A DNA stretch of 63,907 nucleotides, filler included, from Folioceros fuciformis (GCA_049999805.1; 9 parts of 9 records of this genome joined end to end with filler, not necessarily neighbours in it); one strand, 5' to 3'; positions 1 through 13,490 are shown, counted from the first letter of the whole stretch. Notes: generated from the sequence alone by a model not told the origin. Made by a program: numbers and translations.

Positions 1-946
1 AGGATCGCAGGCAGCGTGTTGCCGGCTGTATAGTGTCTGGTAGGATCACAAGGTGTAATGACCAGGGTGTAGGGGCTTACCCCTAGCTCTTGATTGTAAA
101 GGATGTGTCTTTCTCCTGACCTGTCCACTCTTGTTCCTTGTTTGGACAAGTGCTGTAGGCCGGCCATGTTTCATGGCGTATGGTAAGGTTGTAGGGGGGG
201 AGATATCCAAGAGGGGAGTGTGTTCCCTTCTTTCTTTTCTTTGGGGTTAGTCTAGTGACTCTTGCCGGGTAGGAGGAGTCAATAGGGAAGTGTAGAAGGT
301 AGTGGTGTCATTGTTAGTTGCTGGTGTTGGTGCTGGAGTGAGAGAGTGAGTGAAGTGAGTGAGAGAAGTCGCAGATCTAAGAGGTTAGGGTCGTTGTAGT
401 CACTGGAGTGAGTTTGTGGGCACCGAGAGAGGTGCAGCTGACCGCCGGACAGCGAGGCCTGTCCTACGCCTGATCGGAGCTGGAGGGGAGCCCTTGAATC
501 CATCATCGAGTTGATCAAGTCCAACCCTCCATCCACAGCAGCAAGAAACCCCATCGCTCCTTCGTGGGAACGAAACCCAATGTCTCAACGACAGTGGGAT
601 AAGTGTGGCCACTAAAGGTGGAACCCGTTGGCAATCAGTGCCCGGGGTTTTGCCTCCACATCCCTCAAACGAGGAGAACTTCTCCTTCAGAATTAAAAGA
701 AGTGGCTCAAGAGCTAGGTTAGGTAGCGGACATGCTAAGGGCCTCTTTGCCTTTACAAAGGAACATAAAAACTCTACACGCAGGGCAAAACCTCTCTTGG
801 TAGGGTAGTTGCTTAATTCATACCCCAAAAATTCTTGGTTCCACGGCACCGTACTCAAGTACACAAGTCAAGTCCTAGATGAGCAGCTGGAGAATAAAGA
901 GCATGGGGTGAAGAACCTTTTGGTTGCCAATTTGGATCCCAACCAT

Positions 947-1194
947 TCTTGTGGAAACGGAGAGAACGATTCTCATGAAAAGAACATCGATCATTATGGC
1001 TGATGGCCACATATAGGAAAGTATAAACCGCTATTCGGTCTGGGTAGTTTAACTATTCATAACTACACTAACTATGATATTTACTATTTACTATTATGTG
1101 TGCTTAAGCAGGGTAAACCGAAACGTGCCCTAAAAACGTTGTGCATCGGTCCGCGGTGTATGTCGGCGGTACCCCAACGCGCGGTGCGGCAACA
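947..1194 (-). repeat. 3' LTR of copia element
   Basis: About 90% identical to 6319-6566 (~24 mismatches by hand count, no indels) and abuts the PPT. Confidence 0.95.
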
Positions 1195-1204
1195 CTCCCC
1201 CTCA
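1195..1204 (-). promoter_or_regulatory. Polypurine tract (TGAGGGGGAG) of copia
   Basis: Purine run immediately 5' of the 3' LTR start TGTTG on the minus strand. Confidence 0.9.
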
Positions 1205-1271
1205 CCGTGGATCCGATCTCGCAAGCCTTGAAATTTGGATGCTACTGAAGAGAATGTGTGATAGCTGACAT

Positions 1272-4200
1272 TCACGGGCAATTGTGTCGCTCCCCCTCAC
1301 GCTTGAGCCTGAGATAAGAATCCTTGCTAAAAAGCCTTGTTGCAACTACATGTTTCTCATGAAGCGATTTGAATAACCCCTTGGTCAGGAGATCTGCTGT
1401 ATTCTCTGCTATGCTGATATACTTCAAGATCACTTGCTTGTTGGCCACGGTCTGACGGATGAAATGGTGTTGAATTTCCACATGTTTCATCTTGGCGTGC
1501 AAGATTGGGTTATAAGTCATTGTGATGGCGGACTGATTATCGATTATCGCAAAACAGCTCAGTTGGTTCTAATTGTGACTCGTTGATATCCTGAAGAAAT
1601 TGCCTGATCCATAGAATCTCTTTCGCGGCTAGGGTTGTTGCTGCATACTCAGCTTCGATTGAAGATGTGCAAATTGTCTGCATCTTTTTACTTGCCCAAG
1701 AAACTGTTGAAGCGTTGATACGCATGCAATAGGCTGCTACTGATTTCCTCGAGTCTGGGTCGCCAGCCCAGTCTGCATCCGACAAGCCAGTTAATTTGAG
1801 GTTAATTGCATGATCAGCCTTATACAGTAGCCCTAAGGATTTGGTCTTTTTGAGATAGCATAGGATTCGTTTCACGCTTGTCCAGTGAGCCTTTCCGAGG
1901 TTTGACATATATCTAGCCACAATGTTGACGGCTAGTGCAACCTCTGGCCTTGTCCATATTGATAAGTACAACAAGTTGCCTACAACCTCGTTGTAAGGTA
2001 TATTCTTCATCTCATTGACGTCTTCTAGTGATGTGAGGCAGTCAAGTGCTGACACTTTGTCGCCGGATGCTATTGGTGTGGCAACTGGTTTGGCATCTGA
2101 TAGATTAAACCTGGCAAGCAACTGGTTGACGTAGTGTTCCTGATGGATGAAGAAGGAGCCATCAGATGGGTTGTGCTCAAACTGGACTCCGAGTGCGAAG
2201 CGACGAGGCCCCATATCTACAACGTCGTATGCATTACCTAGTAAGTCCTTCACATGTTGAATGATTTTAGGAGTGTTACCGAAAATGAAATTGTCGTCGA
2301 CATAAAGTGTCACGATTGCAAACTCGTCTCCTGATTTAAGAACATATACGCTCTTGTCTGCTGTGAGGCTGGAGAAACCATATTTACGGAGTTACAAGTC
2401 CACTGTTTCATTCCACACTTGCACTGACTGCTTCAGGCCGTAAATGCTTTTAAGAAGCTTGCACACCTTGCTAGGGTCTTGAATGAAACCTGGTGGTTGC
2501 AACATGTATATATCTTCATGCAGCGTTCCATACAAGAAGGCTGTTTTAATGTCAACTTGATGTATCTGTAGATGGTGGTGAGCTGCGAAAGCAAGAAGAA
2601 TTCGGATAGACGTGGATTTTACGACTGGGCTGAAAAGCCGATGCTCCTCGCAGTCGAAGCCTGGCACCTGGGTGAACCCACGGGCTACGAGTCTTAACTT
2701 GAATCTTGATACAGCGGCATCTGGATTAAGTTTTCTTCTGAAGGTCCACTTACAGGAAATTGGTTTCCGCCCAGCAGGCAGGTCAATAAGCTTCCAGGTC
2801 TCGATTGCAATTAGGCAATCGTATTTGGACTGTACTGATGCTTTCCATTCAGGTATACTAAATGCTTCTTCTATGCTTATTGGTACACCTTGCATCTCGA
2901 TTGCAGAGAGGGCTTGATAAAGGGCAAGCTGAACTGAATCACTCTCGAAAGCTCGTGGTGGAACTGACACTTGTACGGGTGGAGTAACTAAGGGTACCTC
3001 TACCTCTACAGATGGTGTGGCTACTTGACGAGAAAAAGACTCTCTAGGAACGGAGGGTGGATTTCTCCATTGATGGCTAGGTGGCCTGTGGCGAGTGGAT
3101 CGCCTAAGAGGTGGTAGTTCAGGTTGAGGGGTATTGACCTCATAATCTGGCTCGTTGAGGAGAGGCAAGCTGTCCGTATGGTTGTCCGGTGTGGCGTGAC
3201 CTAATGGTAAGTCGTGTGGATGCGGCAGAGCGGGAGCTTGGTTTGGAGTTATTGATTAAAGTGGCTGGACGGGAGAAGGTGGATGCTTCCTTGTCGGACC
3301 TTGAACCTCAAACTCATAATCACTGGGGTTATATGTGTCCCCCTCAAGGTCAAAACGGGAATCAAGTGAGAAACCAGAAATACTAGGGTCAGGCAAAGGA
3401 ATAGTGGTAGAGACGGAATGGAGGTATGTTTGAATAAGAGTGGCTTCATGGAAGTGAACGCTACGGGATAGGGTTACCTATATTGTAGATGGGTCGAAAA
3501 GTCTGTAAGCCTTGGACTAATCTGAATAACCAACGAACAGAAGTTTGTGTCCTTTGTCATCCCACTTCTTATGGAGATCATCAAGGATGTGAGCAAAAGC
3601 TGATCTGCCTAAGATTCGAAGGTGAGAAATTCTGGGCTTGTGGCCGGTCCAGCGTTCATAGGGTGTTGTGTTGACAAGCTCCTTAGTAGGTAGGCGATTC
3701 TTCAGATAGTTTGCTGTAGAGACGGCTTCGGCCCAATAACCTTTTGTAAGCCCTGCCAGCTTAAGGATGGAGTGCAAGATTTCCAGCAACGAGCGGTTCA
3801 ATCATTCGGCAAAGGGGTTTTAAGAAGGCTTGTAGGGAACTGTGTATTGGCGAAGAATTCCTCTAGAGGTATAGAATGAATGAAAGGATTGACTAGTATA
3901 TTCCCCGTCATTGTCTGTTCTAAGGGTGTGAACCTGAAACCCCGTCTGCCTTTCTGCAATGGTGACATACTCCTGAAAATAGGAAAAGGCCTCATCTTTG
4001 TGACGGAGAAAGTAAACATGATAGTATCTGCTCCACTTGTCGAGGAAGGTGATAAAGTAGAGATGACTCCCAAAGCTGGTGGTGCTCATGGGGCCACAGA
4101 GGTCGGAATGGACAGTCTCTAAAAGGCAACGGGCTCGAGTGGGAGCAACACCTTTAAAAGGTAACTGGGCAAGCTTAGCATACTGACAAATCTCACAGAA

Positions 4201-5752
4201 AAAGTCTTTATGTACTTTGATTATCACAAGGTCTTTGTACATGCTGGGGTTAGCAAAAGCATGTAGATGACTGGGGTTCATGTGACTGGCGCGATAGTGC
4301 CAAAGAAGGACATGATTCTGATGGTTTGGAGAAGTGGCAGTGGAGCTGTTCACCAAAAGGGAAGATGAGGTCGACTGCATATTCAGGAGGTAAAGATTGT
4401 TGTACGGGAGACCATGAGCAAGCGGTGTCTGATTCTGATCTCTTGAGTGGTGGATTGTGCAGTGATTACCTCGAACAGTGATGATGAGATTGTGCTCAGT
4501 TGTGAGTTTACGAACTGAGAGCAGGTTCTTCGTCATTGCCGGGACGTGGAGGACTCCATTAATGGTGAGTAGCTCCCCGTTAGATAATCGAAGCTGAATC
4601 TCTCCCGATCCTTGGATAGCTAGGGCGCTGTCGTCACTGAGCAGGACATGTTGGTCCGAGAGTGTGCCATGGTATGAGGTGAACATGTCGCGACTGCTGC
4701 AAATGTGAGTTGTTGCTCTAAACTCGAGAAACCACTTGCTGGTGTCAGTTTTGGTGAGTGTGCGGCAAACTGCCAAAATTGAATTTGCGGCAGGTGGCGT
4801 CGGAGCCTGCAACAAGTGTGTTTCATGTCGAGAAGGGTCGCGACGAGGTTCACTTGTCGCCTTCTTGCTACACTCGTACTTGAAGTGCCCAGGGATCTTG
4901 CACCAGTTGCAAGGTCCCTTTGTAGTTCTTCGTTGCTGCTGTTGTTGCTTATTTCCGCTGAAAATCGATTGTGTTCCAAACTGATGAACGGGCCTCCTTG
5001 TGGTAGGGTTTGTTCTGAGGCTGCCCCGTTTTCCGCCTCTACCTCGTGATGTGAAAAGAGCGTGACTTGGGCCTGCACTAAACTTGGGATTGCTCGCACG
5101 ACTTGATTCTTCCTCCAGCAAGGCTCCTGCGACTTCCGAAAGAGTGTAAGCTAGTACTCCTCCAGATGCTGCTGCCTTAATTGACTACTGCAAGACAGAG
5201 TTCAGAGAACTGACGAAAGTTCTGTAAGAGGGAGGAAGAGAAGTGAGTAGTGCTATGGCTGCTTGCAACTCTGTGACAATTGTGCCGCTAGCTGCAAGCT
5301 TGGCCCGCAAGGACCTGAAGTTTTGGATGTGTTGCTCCATAGTTTCGCCTTCTTTCATTTTCAACGAATAAAACTGACGTGTGGCATTGATCAGGGACAT
5401 GGAGCTTTGAGTTTGGAACATGTTCTTGAAAACGCTCCACACTTCTGCTGAGGTACTGTGACCTTGTGTGTAGGGTAGCATACTCTTGTCTAATGCAAAA
5501 ATAAGAGTGCTGGATGCTCTCTTGTCTTTCTTATGCCAGGCTGCAATCTCGTCAAGGGTTGCAGCAGGCACGGTAGTTATGGATGGTTGCTTCAGGGTTC
5601 CATCTACAACTGACATTAGATCATGCACCTCTAAGAGAGTCGTGATGCGCACCTGCCATGCCTCGAAAATCACTTCCGTTGAAGCGATCTCGGTCACGGA
5701 ACTCTATCTTAGAGATAATTGTGGAAGGTACAGAAGGTGTTGAGGTCGTCAT
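1272..5752 (-). pseudogene. Disrupted copia gag-pol
   Basis: Gag begins MTTSTPS...FNGSDF/EAWQVRI with a frameshift. Zinc knuckle CNWCKIPGHFKYEC, degenerate protease WFLEFRATTH, integrase HSDLCGP...LRTDNDGEY, RT RLVARGFTQ/DIKTAFL/LYVDD, RNase H DADWAG...ADLLTK. Several stops and frameshifts. Confidence 0.95.
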
Positions 5753-6305
5753 TATGTAGTGCTGAAAAAGTCTGAGGGGATCAAAAGATAGCATCTATAG
5801 GGGGCTCTTCTGTAGGTAAGACTCTACTCTACCTAGACGTACAGTTGTGTTGAGAACTTGCTGATTACCAGGCGCAGTGCTTCTAATTAAGGTTTTAAAC
5901 AGGCGAGTTGAATCCTAAGACAATTGTGTGTGGAAAGAAGACAAGAAGAGAGCACATTAGAGGCATAATCAGGTTGAGTTGGTGTAGGGGTTGACCGATC
6001 GAGTGAACTTGAAGTTTTTACTGGGCGAGAATGATGATCGCAAGTGTTACGTCTATGCTCGAAGGGAGGTAGTCTATGTACAGGAGGTTTGTTCAAGGAC
6101 TCCGAGCAGTTGTTGCACATACGTTGGTGGTGCTGAGTTGTCTTATTGACAGGTACGTAGGTTGAGGAAGTATGTCTTCTAGGCATCTTGTTGGATGAGA
6201 GATTGCTAGAGCTCAATGCAATGAGTATTGTGCAGGGTCATGGCGCTGGGCTGTGAAGGCCTAGGTGAGGAGAGGAGGATGGCACATGGCGGCATGGAGC
6301 AAGAT

Positions 6306-6318
6306 GGCTCTGATACCA
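6306..6318 (-). promoter_or_regulatory. Primer-binding site complementary to initiator tRNA-Met (TGGTATCAGAGCC)
   Basis: Canonical plant copia PBS directly adjacent to the 5' LTR. Confidence 0.95.
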
Positions 6319-6566
6319 TCTTGTGGAAACGGAGAGAACGATTCTCATAAAAAGAACATCGATCATTATGGCTGATGGCCATATATAGGAAAGTATAAGC
6401 CGCTATTCGATTTGGGCAGTTTAACTATTTGTAACTACATTAAGTGCGATATTTACTATTTACTATTATGTGTGCTTAAGCAGGGTAAACCGAAACATGC
6501 CCTGAAAATGTTGTGCATCGGTCTGCAGTGTATGTCGATGGTACTCCAACATGCGGTGCGCTAACA
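6319..6566 (-). repeat. 5' LTR of copia element
   Basis: Direct repeat of 947-1194; minus strand begins TGTTAG and ends CCACAAGA. Confidence 0.95.
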
Positions 6567-7318
6567 ACCATCCCAAAATAGTTGTTGGTAGTGTGGCTAG
6601 GGCCTTAATCGAGTGAGGAAGGAGGATTGTGCTACATAACTCCTTACCAGTCTAAAGAGGCGTGCTAGCTATCATGTGGGCATTTATGTAGAGGTATGTG
6701 GCAAGTGGTTGAAAAGTCTTTATGGAGTTTGAGCCAAGGCAACAAGGCAAAGAACACCAAAGTGAATTACAAGTTTGCAGAAGACTTTGGCATAGTTGTG
6801 CTAGAGTTGTGATGGAGCAAGTCCTATGGAGTATATGTGGGTATGGATTTCAAAGCACAATACTATAACTTCAAAGAGTACAATACTCCACTCCTGCCTA
6901 ATGGAATTGGTAATTTTAATATTTTAATAGAACTAATGATTTTAATATTTTTAATATTTGATATGATGGTTTTGATATTTTTAGTGCATTATAAGTCAGA
7001 TTGATTACTTTGATATTTTCACTACTCAGTAAACATCATAAAATGATTTTGTGCAATCTAGTGCAAGCTTGGTTGTTGTCCAGCCTTAAGTCAGATGAGT
7101 TTTTCCTCTCTTTTTTTAATGAAGTCTTTATTTTTTCACAATATAGAGTTTAGATGAGACAGCGACGTGGCATCCAGAAGCAATGGGCAGGTGAAGTTAG
7201 GTGTTATGAACAGTCTTCGGTCCTCCAGCTGCCGCTCTTAACACTGTGTGATAATGTCACCTACTTCAATCACATATGAATATACCTTGAAGTTCGGACA
7301 ACCAAAGTCAACATGCAT

Positions 7319-10300
7319 CTACTCCGAGCGAGCAGCAACTGCTTTTCCCACGTCCAAATGAACCACCCTACACGTGCCCAGCAATTGTTCTGGAAGCTCC
7401 TCTTCAGAGTTTGCCTGCACTCAGTCCGTGCGACAGCCAAACGCTCCATCAATCTATCATCCTGGATATGTCTATGTTTCTGACCGCTCGAGCTGGAGAG
7501 GACAATTTGCAGGGTGCGAGATGAGGAGGGAAAAATACCTGGATCAGGAAAGCCATCTCTATCACCAGCTTGCCTAGATAGCCCAGCACGAGGTTCACAA
7601 CCCTTGTAGCTACGGACGAAGAGTTGATGTTGACATCGAGCTGCAACCAGCACAACCGAGTCAGGAGATACTTGCTGATTTAGGAGTTGACTTAATTGTT
7701 GATCTGGTGGCGAATACAGAAACCTCAAGGTAGTTATCCCCTCGATGGTAATTAATCTCCAAAGCTTGACCAGCTAGACAGGCCGTCTTTCCAACACTTT
7801 GCTTCACAATCCATGAACCCTGACAAGGAAGGGAGCCAGTTGGCAGTCGGAGAGAGCTAAACATCCAGAATCAAGCACCAAACAGCACCTGCTTCACCTT
7901 TGCGATGTTGGGAATAAGCTTGAACCTTGAATTTCGATATCTATCATCTGCTTCAACGAATGTCTTCAGAAGTGGGTAAGTCTCAAGGGGACATTGTGTC
8001 ATGAAGTAAAGGAGCAAGGAATACTTTGTTGCTCCAGGAACCTGGTGGAATTCGGTCAACGAATCCTCAGGATGGCAAATCCTTCAACTACCGGATCCAT
8101 GTATATTGAGACATGCTCACTTTAGCCATTGGAGTGATGGGAATGCTCTTACTTGAAGATTGATGAGGAAGAAAAATGCTCCTCCGGCCTCCCCCCCCTG
8201 AACCAACAAGGTGGATGAAGCACCAGGATTGTACTCATTCCACAATGAAGTATGCAATTCTGTTTCGTACCTTCCCTCGCACAATACTGTCCGGTCTACT
8301 GGCAAGATGGTCCTCCGTCTTCCTGGATTTGATCCAATCACAAGCCACAAGCTGCATGATGGGATCACCAGCTTTCACCTGGATTTCACAGGAAAAGGTT
8401 CACAATAAACACCGGTTGTCGTTCCTGTACACGAGAGGAGCAAGCACCCCGTAATCTCCCTGATCATTACCTTTACCCGATTCGTCAAGTAAGACCTGCC
8501 TCGGATTCGAAAAGAATCCGGTTCAGGTGTGCACCAACAGCTCTGCTGAACAGAACTCGAGTATCGTGGGAGTGAGCCTTGCTGGTTCAATAGATCCGTC
8601 TTCTCCTCCTTCGTAGCTGGGACGTGGCTACGGTTCTGAGCTGCAATCGAGAAACATTTCTTTAAGTCAACAGTTATTGTGTTTCAAAAATGCAGCTTGT
8701 GCTGTATCAAGCACCGCAGAACACGGCTGAGCATCGGGGAACATCGGTGTTCAACTCACCTGTTTTAGCAGATAGTGCAAGCTCGTGCAGCCGTTTTACC
8801 AATCGAGCAGCCCCAGTGATCTTGCCGGGAGTTGAAGACTGGCGGACACACACATACTAAATCAATTCACGGACCGATTCAGCCATGACTGGCCCCACAT
8901 CAAGCAGAACTGAGATGGACATACGGAAGTGAGTATTGAACATACCGGCATTTCTTCGGTACGCCATTCAGTAGCCTCCTCTTCCTCAAATTGAAAAGTT
9001 TCATCTGTAGCTGGATCTTCCCAAACAGATTCAGGAAAGTCATAAAATTCCTCTGCAACTTCATTCAGCTGCAAAGGTTTCTCCGGTGTAGGCTCTCCAT
9101 TTTCAGGAGTATCTGGTGGTCGTGCAATCCTTCTGTCTTGAGGGACTCTAGAACCGCGAGTTGAAAAATAGATAGATCGGTTGAGAACGGCATGCACGTT
9201 GTGTCTCCTGGCAAAAGTAGATGGCAGGGCATCATACATGTCCCTTAGAGCTGCACAGCAGCATAAGCAGTATCAAAACAGGACCGAAATCGCAAGCAAT
9301 GAGTGTCGCGTGCAAACACCAATGCATGTGCAGATAAGTCACGTCACCTGCAACTCTTTGAAGAACACGAATCGAAATGCGCTGAGCTAGCGCAGCCCTG
9401 CGACAGGACTTTTGAAGCTTCCAATCCACATCCAGCATATGCCTAACAACAGCCCGGCTTGATGACGCTTGCTCAGACTCCAGAGGTGATATGACATATC
9501 CTCCACCTTCAACGACAAACGCCATCAAACTCCCATAGAAATGGGGTCTCAGATCATACAAATGGATGATGACCTTGCTCCTTACTCTTCAGCCAAGCTC
9601 GTCGGAAACCTTTAGCTGGAGGGCACTTCTCATGCTCGACAGACTGGTACAGAATCGCTGGAAGCCAATTACGAAAACAACAGGAACGTCAAACTGCACT
9701 TCAAAACGTGTGTGCAGGGCAGCACCAGCATCTGCTAATTGGGGCCAGGCCTACAACTGACCATATGTACCATCGTCCTCTCGTCGCCAATAACGAAGGA
9801 GCAGTAGATCGATCGGCTTCATTGTCCTGAATCCATGGAAAATAGCCATCGACATGCAAGGAAGTCATTGGAACCCGCAAACAATAGTTGTTCAACCATT
9901 TGTCAGACCATGCGAACCATGAAAACTTCATACTGACCCAGCGACCCAGGCTGTATGAAATTGCTTGTGTATGATATCAGTGTGTCCGTCAAGCCTTTCG
10001 ATCACCTCTCCTCGTAGATAACAGAAATCCCACCTTGCACGCACACATGATGATGAACTACTCAGTAGTAGGTAATGGCGAGATTTGTGATAATCGTTGA
10101 AGCTTGCTCGGGACTTCAAATCCTCTGGAAAATTCTTTCCAAGATCAGCGTTCCTGTCCCCCGTATACACCAACTCACTCAGATCTGGAGGCGCCCAACT
10201 CCAGAATAGTGGCAAATATACTTTCACATGTGGAGTTTACTGTGCCCACTGCCATTACTGCTGGGAGGTCGTCAGACTGCCGCTGGAGGAAAAACATCAT

Positions 10301-11842
10301 TTGTTTGAGCATCACAATGCAACCACGTAAAAGGCCAATTACTGTAAACCGTGACAGTGATATATATCTCACCTTGCCTCCAAGCTCTCGATCGCTAGTT
10401 TCTTGAAACAGACGTAACCCTGCCACAGTGCACGCTGGCTGTCACCCGAAGTCTATGGGTTCGTAACTGAAGTTCACTCAACTCTGATGTCGTACCGTTC
10501 TTGCAACCAAAGATCTTCCAGGGTGATTTGGTGACAACATCTGGTTGACCATCTTGCCGATTTCGCACCCCAGTCCAGTCAGGCAAATCTGGGAGGAGCC
10601 AAGCCTCTATGAGCAGATGGAAAGATCAACTACCGTCGGCCAAAGCTGGGCAGATAAACTAGACTTACCACCAGAACCGAAAGATCCATAATCTAAAGAT
10701 CCAAGAGAGGAAGTCCTGCAATTCCCGAGCTGATCATTTTTTTTTGTTTGAGCTATGGACGCATCGACCATCAAATCTGACAAATCGTTTTGTTTGAGCT
10801 ATGGACGCATCGACCATCAAATCTGACAAATCGTAATCACCGCACTACCTATAACTTTGTCCTCCCCTCAAGGTATCCACAGCTGATTCTTGATGTGACA
10901 TTGATTCACCCTGCACAACTTTCGTAGAGCAGCAACACATCAGAGATGGGGTGATCGCACATCTAACTTGAAATTGCTCTGGTCCCTGGAAACAACGTTC
11001 AGATGAGCCACCTGATTTGCAGCATTTGTGAAAGCGGTGATCCACAAGGCTGCTTCTTCTGCACTTGGAGCTCCGAACTGACACCAAAATAAGAGCTTGA
11101 GAAGCCGGCAAACTGCAATGTATTGAAGGAACATAGGTTAAACATTCGCTGTCGACGACCATCTCATGCTTGCCTTGAGGTGATCTTCCCGATTGTAGGG
11201 GTCATAAATGGTGAAAACAAACAGAATCTGCGCGACATCCATCAACCGAGTAAATGTTGTGATAGTCATTGAGAAAATGCTTGCGGAATAGACATGCTGA
11301 GCCCACCCTCCTGGACTGCACTCTCCATCTTTCAGGACAAAAAACGAAATGAAAGAGGCATATACTCGGCGGTGAAAGCTATCCCGCCCGTTATCTTCCA
11401 CCCTGTAGTAGGAATTTATGCGACCAAGACTGATCCCATCCTGAGATTGCCACCACCGACACCGCACACGTCAAGGGTGCTTAAGCAGCACCAGTTACGA
11501 AATCTTCTAATGTGCTCGTCGCTTTTTGTGCACGCTGTGGACAACCATTGTACAATGTCCAAGCCAAGCCAAGCCAAGCTAGGCGGTGGCTACGCACAAA
11601 TTGATCTCGAATGTCGATAAATTTCGGTTACCGCTACAAAGGGAAAGGGGGCTGACCTCATTATTGTCAACGGGTCTGATCTTGAAGCAGTAGGCGCAAC
11701 ATCCATCCAGAACGAAGTAGCGTTTTTGCGGGCGGCCCAAGAACTGCCGGGAAGATAAGAGGTACAGCCATCCCTCCATCAGCGACCGTGCCCTGCAGGG
11801 TTCGTCTTCCGCGGACGAGATGCATCTGCTGCACTGATCCAT
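7319..11842 (-). CDS. ENHANCED DISEASE RESISTANCE 2-like protein (PH, START and DUF1336/EDR2_C domains), multi-exon
   Basis: PH exon MEGWLYLL...KRYFVL, START exons PWKIFGCKNG and RYWRREDDGTY, C-terminal exons SFRIRGRSYL, WIVKQSVGKTACL, LVLGYLGKLVIEMAFLIQ, ANSEEELPEQLLGTCR. Stop TAG at 7319-7321. Confidence 0.92.
10742..10833. repeat. Perfect 46-bp tandem duplication (2 copies) across an EDR2-like intron/exon boundary
   Basis: TTTTGTTTGAGCTATGGACGCATCGACCATCAAATCTGACAAATCG at 10742 and 10788. Confidence 0.95.
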
Positions 11843-13390
11843 ATTCGCCTTTCCTGCGAGGCTCCAAGATCACGTGATAAACCAGTCACTCTGGCACGCA
11901 TTCAGATCCAGCGCAGTCGAAATTACAATCACACCTCCCAGCGAATACATGTTCAGCTTCTCCCTCTACGCTCCACCAGATTGCAAGCAACAAGACATTC
12001 ACATATTTCTGAATTGCGAAAGAGGCTCAGTCTCCTGGTGGGCTGGAGCTCTTATTCCTATTTCGAAGTCTGGAATCGAGAGCAGCATCCAGTAGCAAGA
12101 GGCCCGGGAATGATGTACCGGGCACACAGCAACAGCGGGTCGACCAGATGCAGCACCACGTTGGGCCCTCCTGAGAGAGGAATCGTCTCACAAATGTACG
12201 ATGTTGGCACACCCAGTCCATCGCAGAGGGAAACTTTGCAGCACTTCCAAACAGAGGGACACGGGGCGGGTGCCAAGTGTCTCCGAAGCTCGGTGGCGTC
12301 AGGTGCCGGGTTTGACGACACGTAGCTGCCAGATTTCAGTGGGAGTCGTGTGAGGTCCTTGGATCAGCTGAAGTACATAGCAGACAGGTGTAACTGGACT
12401 CCTGCCAGGGGTCAGCTAAAAGGGACAACCCACGCACATGTAGAGACAGCTAGGAACGTGGGGCAAGCCACCCATACATCAGGACAGCTCGGGACGATCT
12501 ACGCAGTTCCCGACCGAGATCGACCTTTCGCTTGCAAACTCGCGGACTTACCACTATGCTAATATAATAAGCAAGCACTGGGAAAAAAAAAAAAATTCTT
12601 CCACAATCATTCTTGGTTGAAATTTTGTCCCGACTGTAGAAGACATTAGGATTCATACGTAATTTATAAGATATACGATTTTATGATACATTGATTTTTG
12701 TTTATACAAACTGTATCACATATTGCTCTCGACTTTAGGGTACACTTTCGTCGCCAAGTTAAGTACAAGGTAGAGGAAATGATATTTCACGAATTCCAGG
12801 TACAGAAGAGAACTAACCAAAAGTAACATGTTATTTGACCAGGGGGCATGCATTTGTGGGCACGCCGTGTTTCGATCCCAAGTTCCCTTGGGTGGTTTCA
12901 TGCCGGGCCCGGTATGCCGGTTCCCGAAACCGACGATCGCCTGTCATCGGTTTCGGCATCCCGTGTCGTGAAGTTGGAAGGGGGCAGGCAACATGCTGTA
13001 CCACGAAATGGACAATTGTCTGTCTGCCAAAGGAGGGGAGTTCTCCCTGTCCGTGGCGTGGAATTGGAATCAATGTTCACAGCCGCAGTTGGAAGAAGCA
13101 GCGTCTAACCTGTAGGGTACAGAAACAAAGACTATCTCGCCCTCTAGGAGTATGTTTGATTGAGTTAATTAGAGCCCTGTCATAGAATTGCGATACAGGG
13201 CGGCGAACGCGGAACACGTACACGAAGGTGATGCTGGCGAGACGAACTGGTCGACCGTGAATCAAAGGCGCCGTCGTGTGGAGGAGAGCTCCGGGTAGAA
13301 GGGCACAGGGAGACCGCGGGCGCGTACGATGGCGGCGACTAGCGACACAATCTCCTCCACGTCCACGTCCAGGAGGCTGCTCTTCACGCC

Positions 13391-13490
13391 NNNNNNNNNN
13401 NNNNNNNNNNNNNNNNNNNNNNNNNNNNNNNNNNTTAATTAATTAANNNNNNNNNNNNNNNNNNNNNNNNNNNNNNNNNNNNNNNNNNNN
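13391..13490. other. Artificial contig spacer (N44-TTAATTAATTAA-N44)
   Basis: Identical 100-nt construct with stops in all six frames recurs 8 times in the window. Confidence 0.97.

Larger units (their letters stand above)
947..6566 (-). mobile_element. Full-length, degenerate Ty1/copia LTR retrotransposon
   Basis: Two 248-bp direct repeats (947-1194, 6319-6566), TSD ACCAT on both sides (942-946, 6567-6571), tRNA-iMet PBS and PPT. Domain order on the minus strand is gag-protease-integrase-RT-RNase H. Confidence 0.97.

Noticed and set aside
1-946. Degenerate ORFs in the sequence that received the copia insertion
   Set aside because: Possibly another decayed repeat, but no identifiable motif.
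12924-12957. Hairpin CCGAAACCGA...TCGGTTTCGG as a Helitron 3' end
   Set aside because: No CTRR terminus at the expected distance and no other element features.
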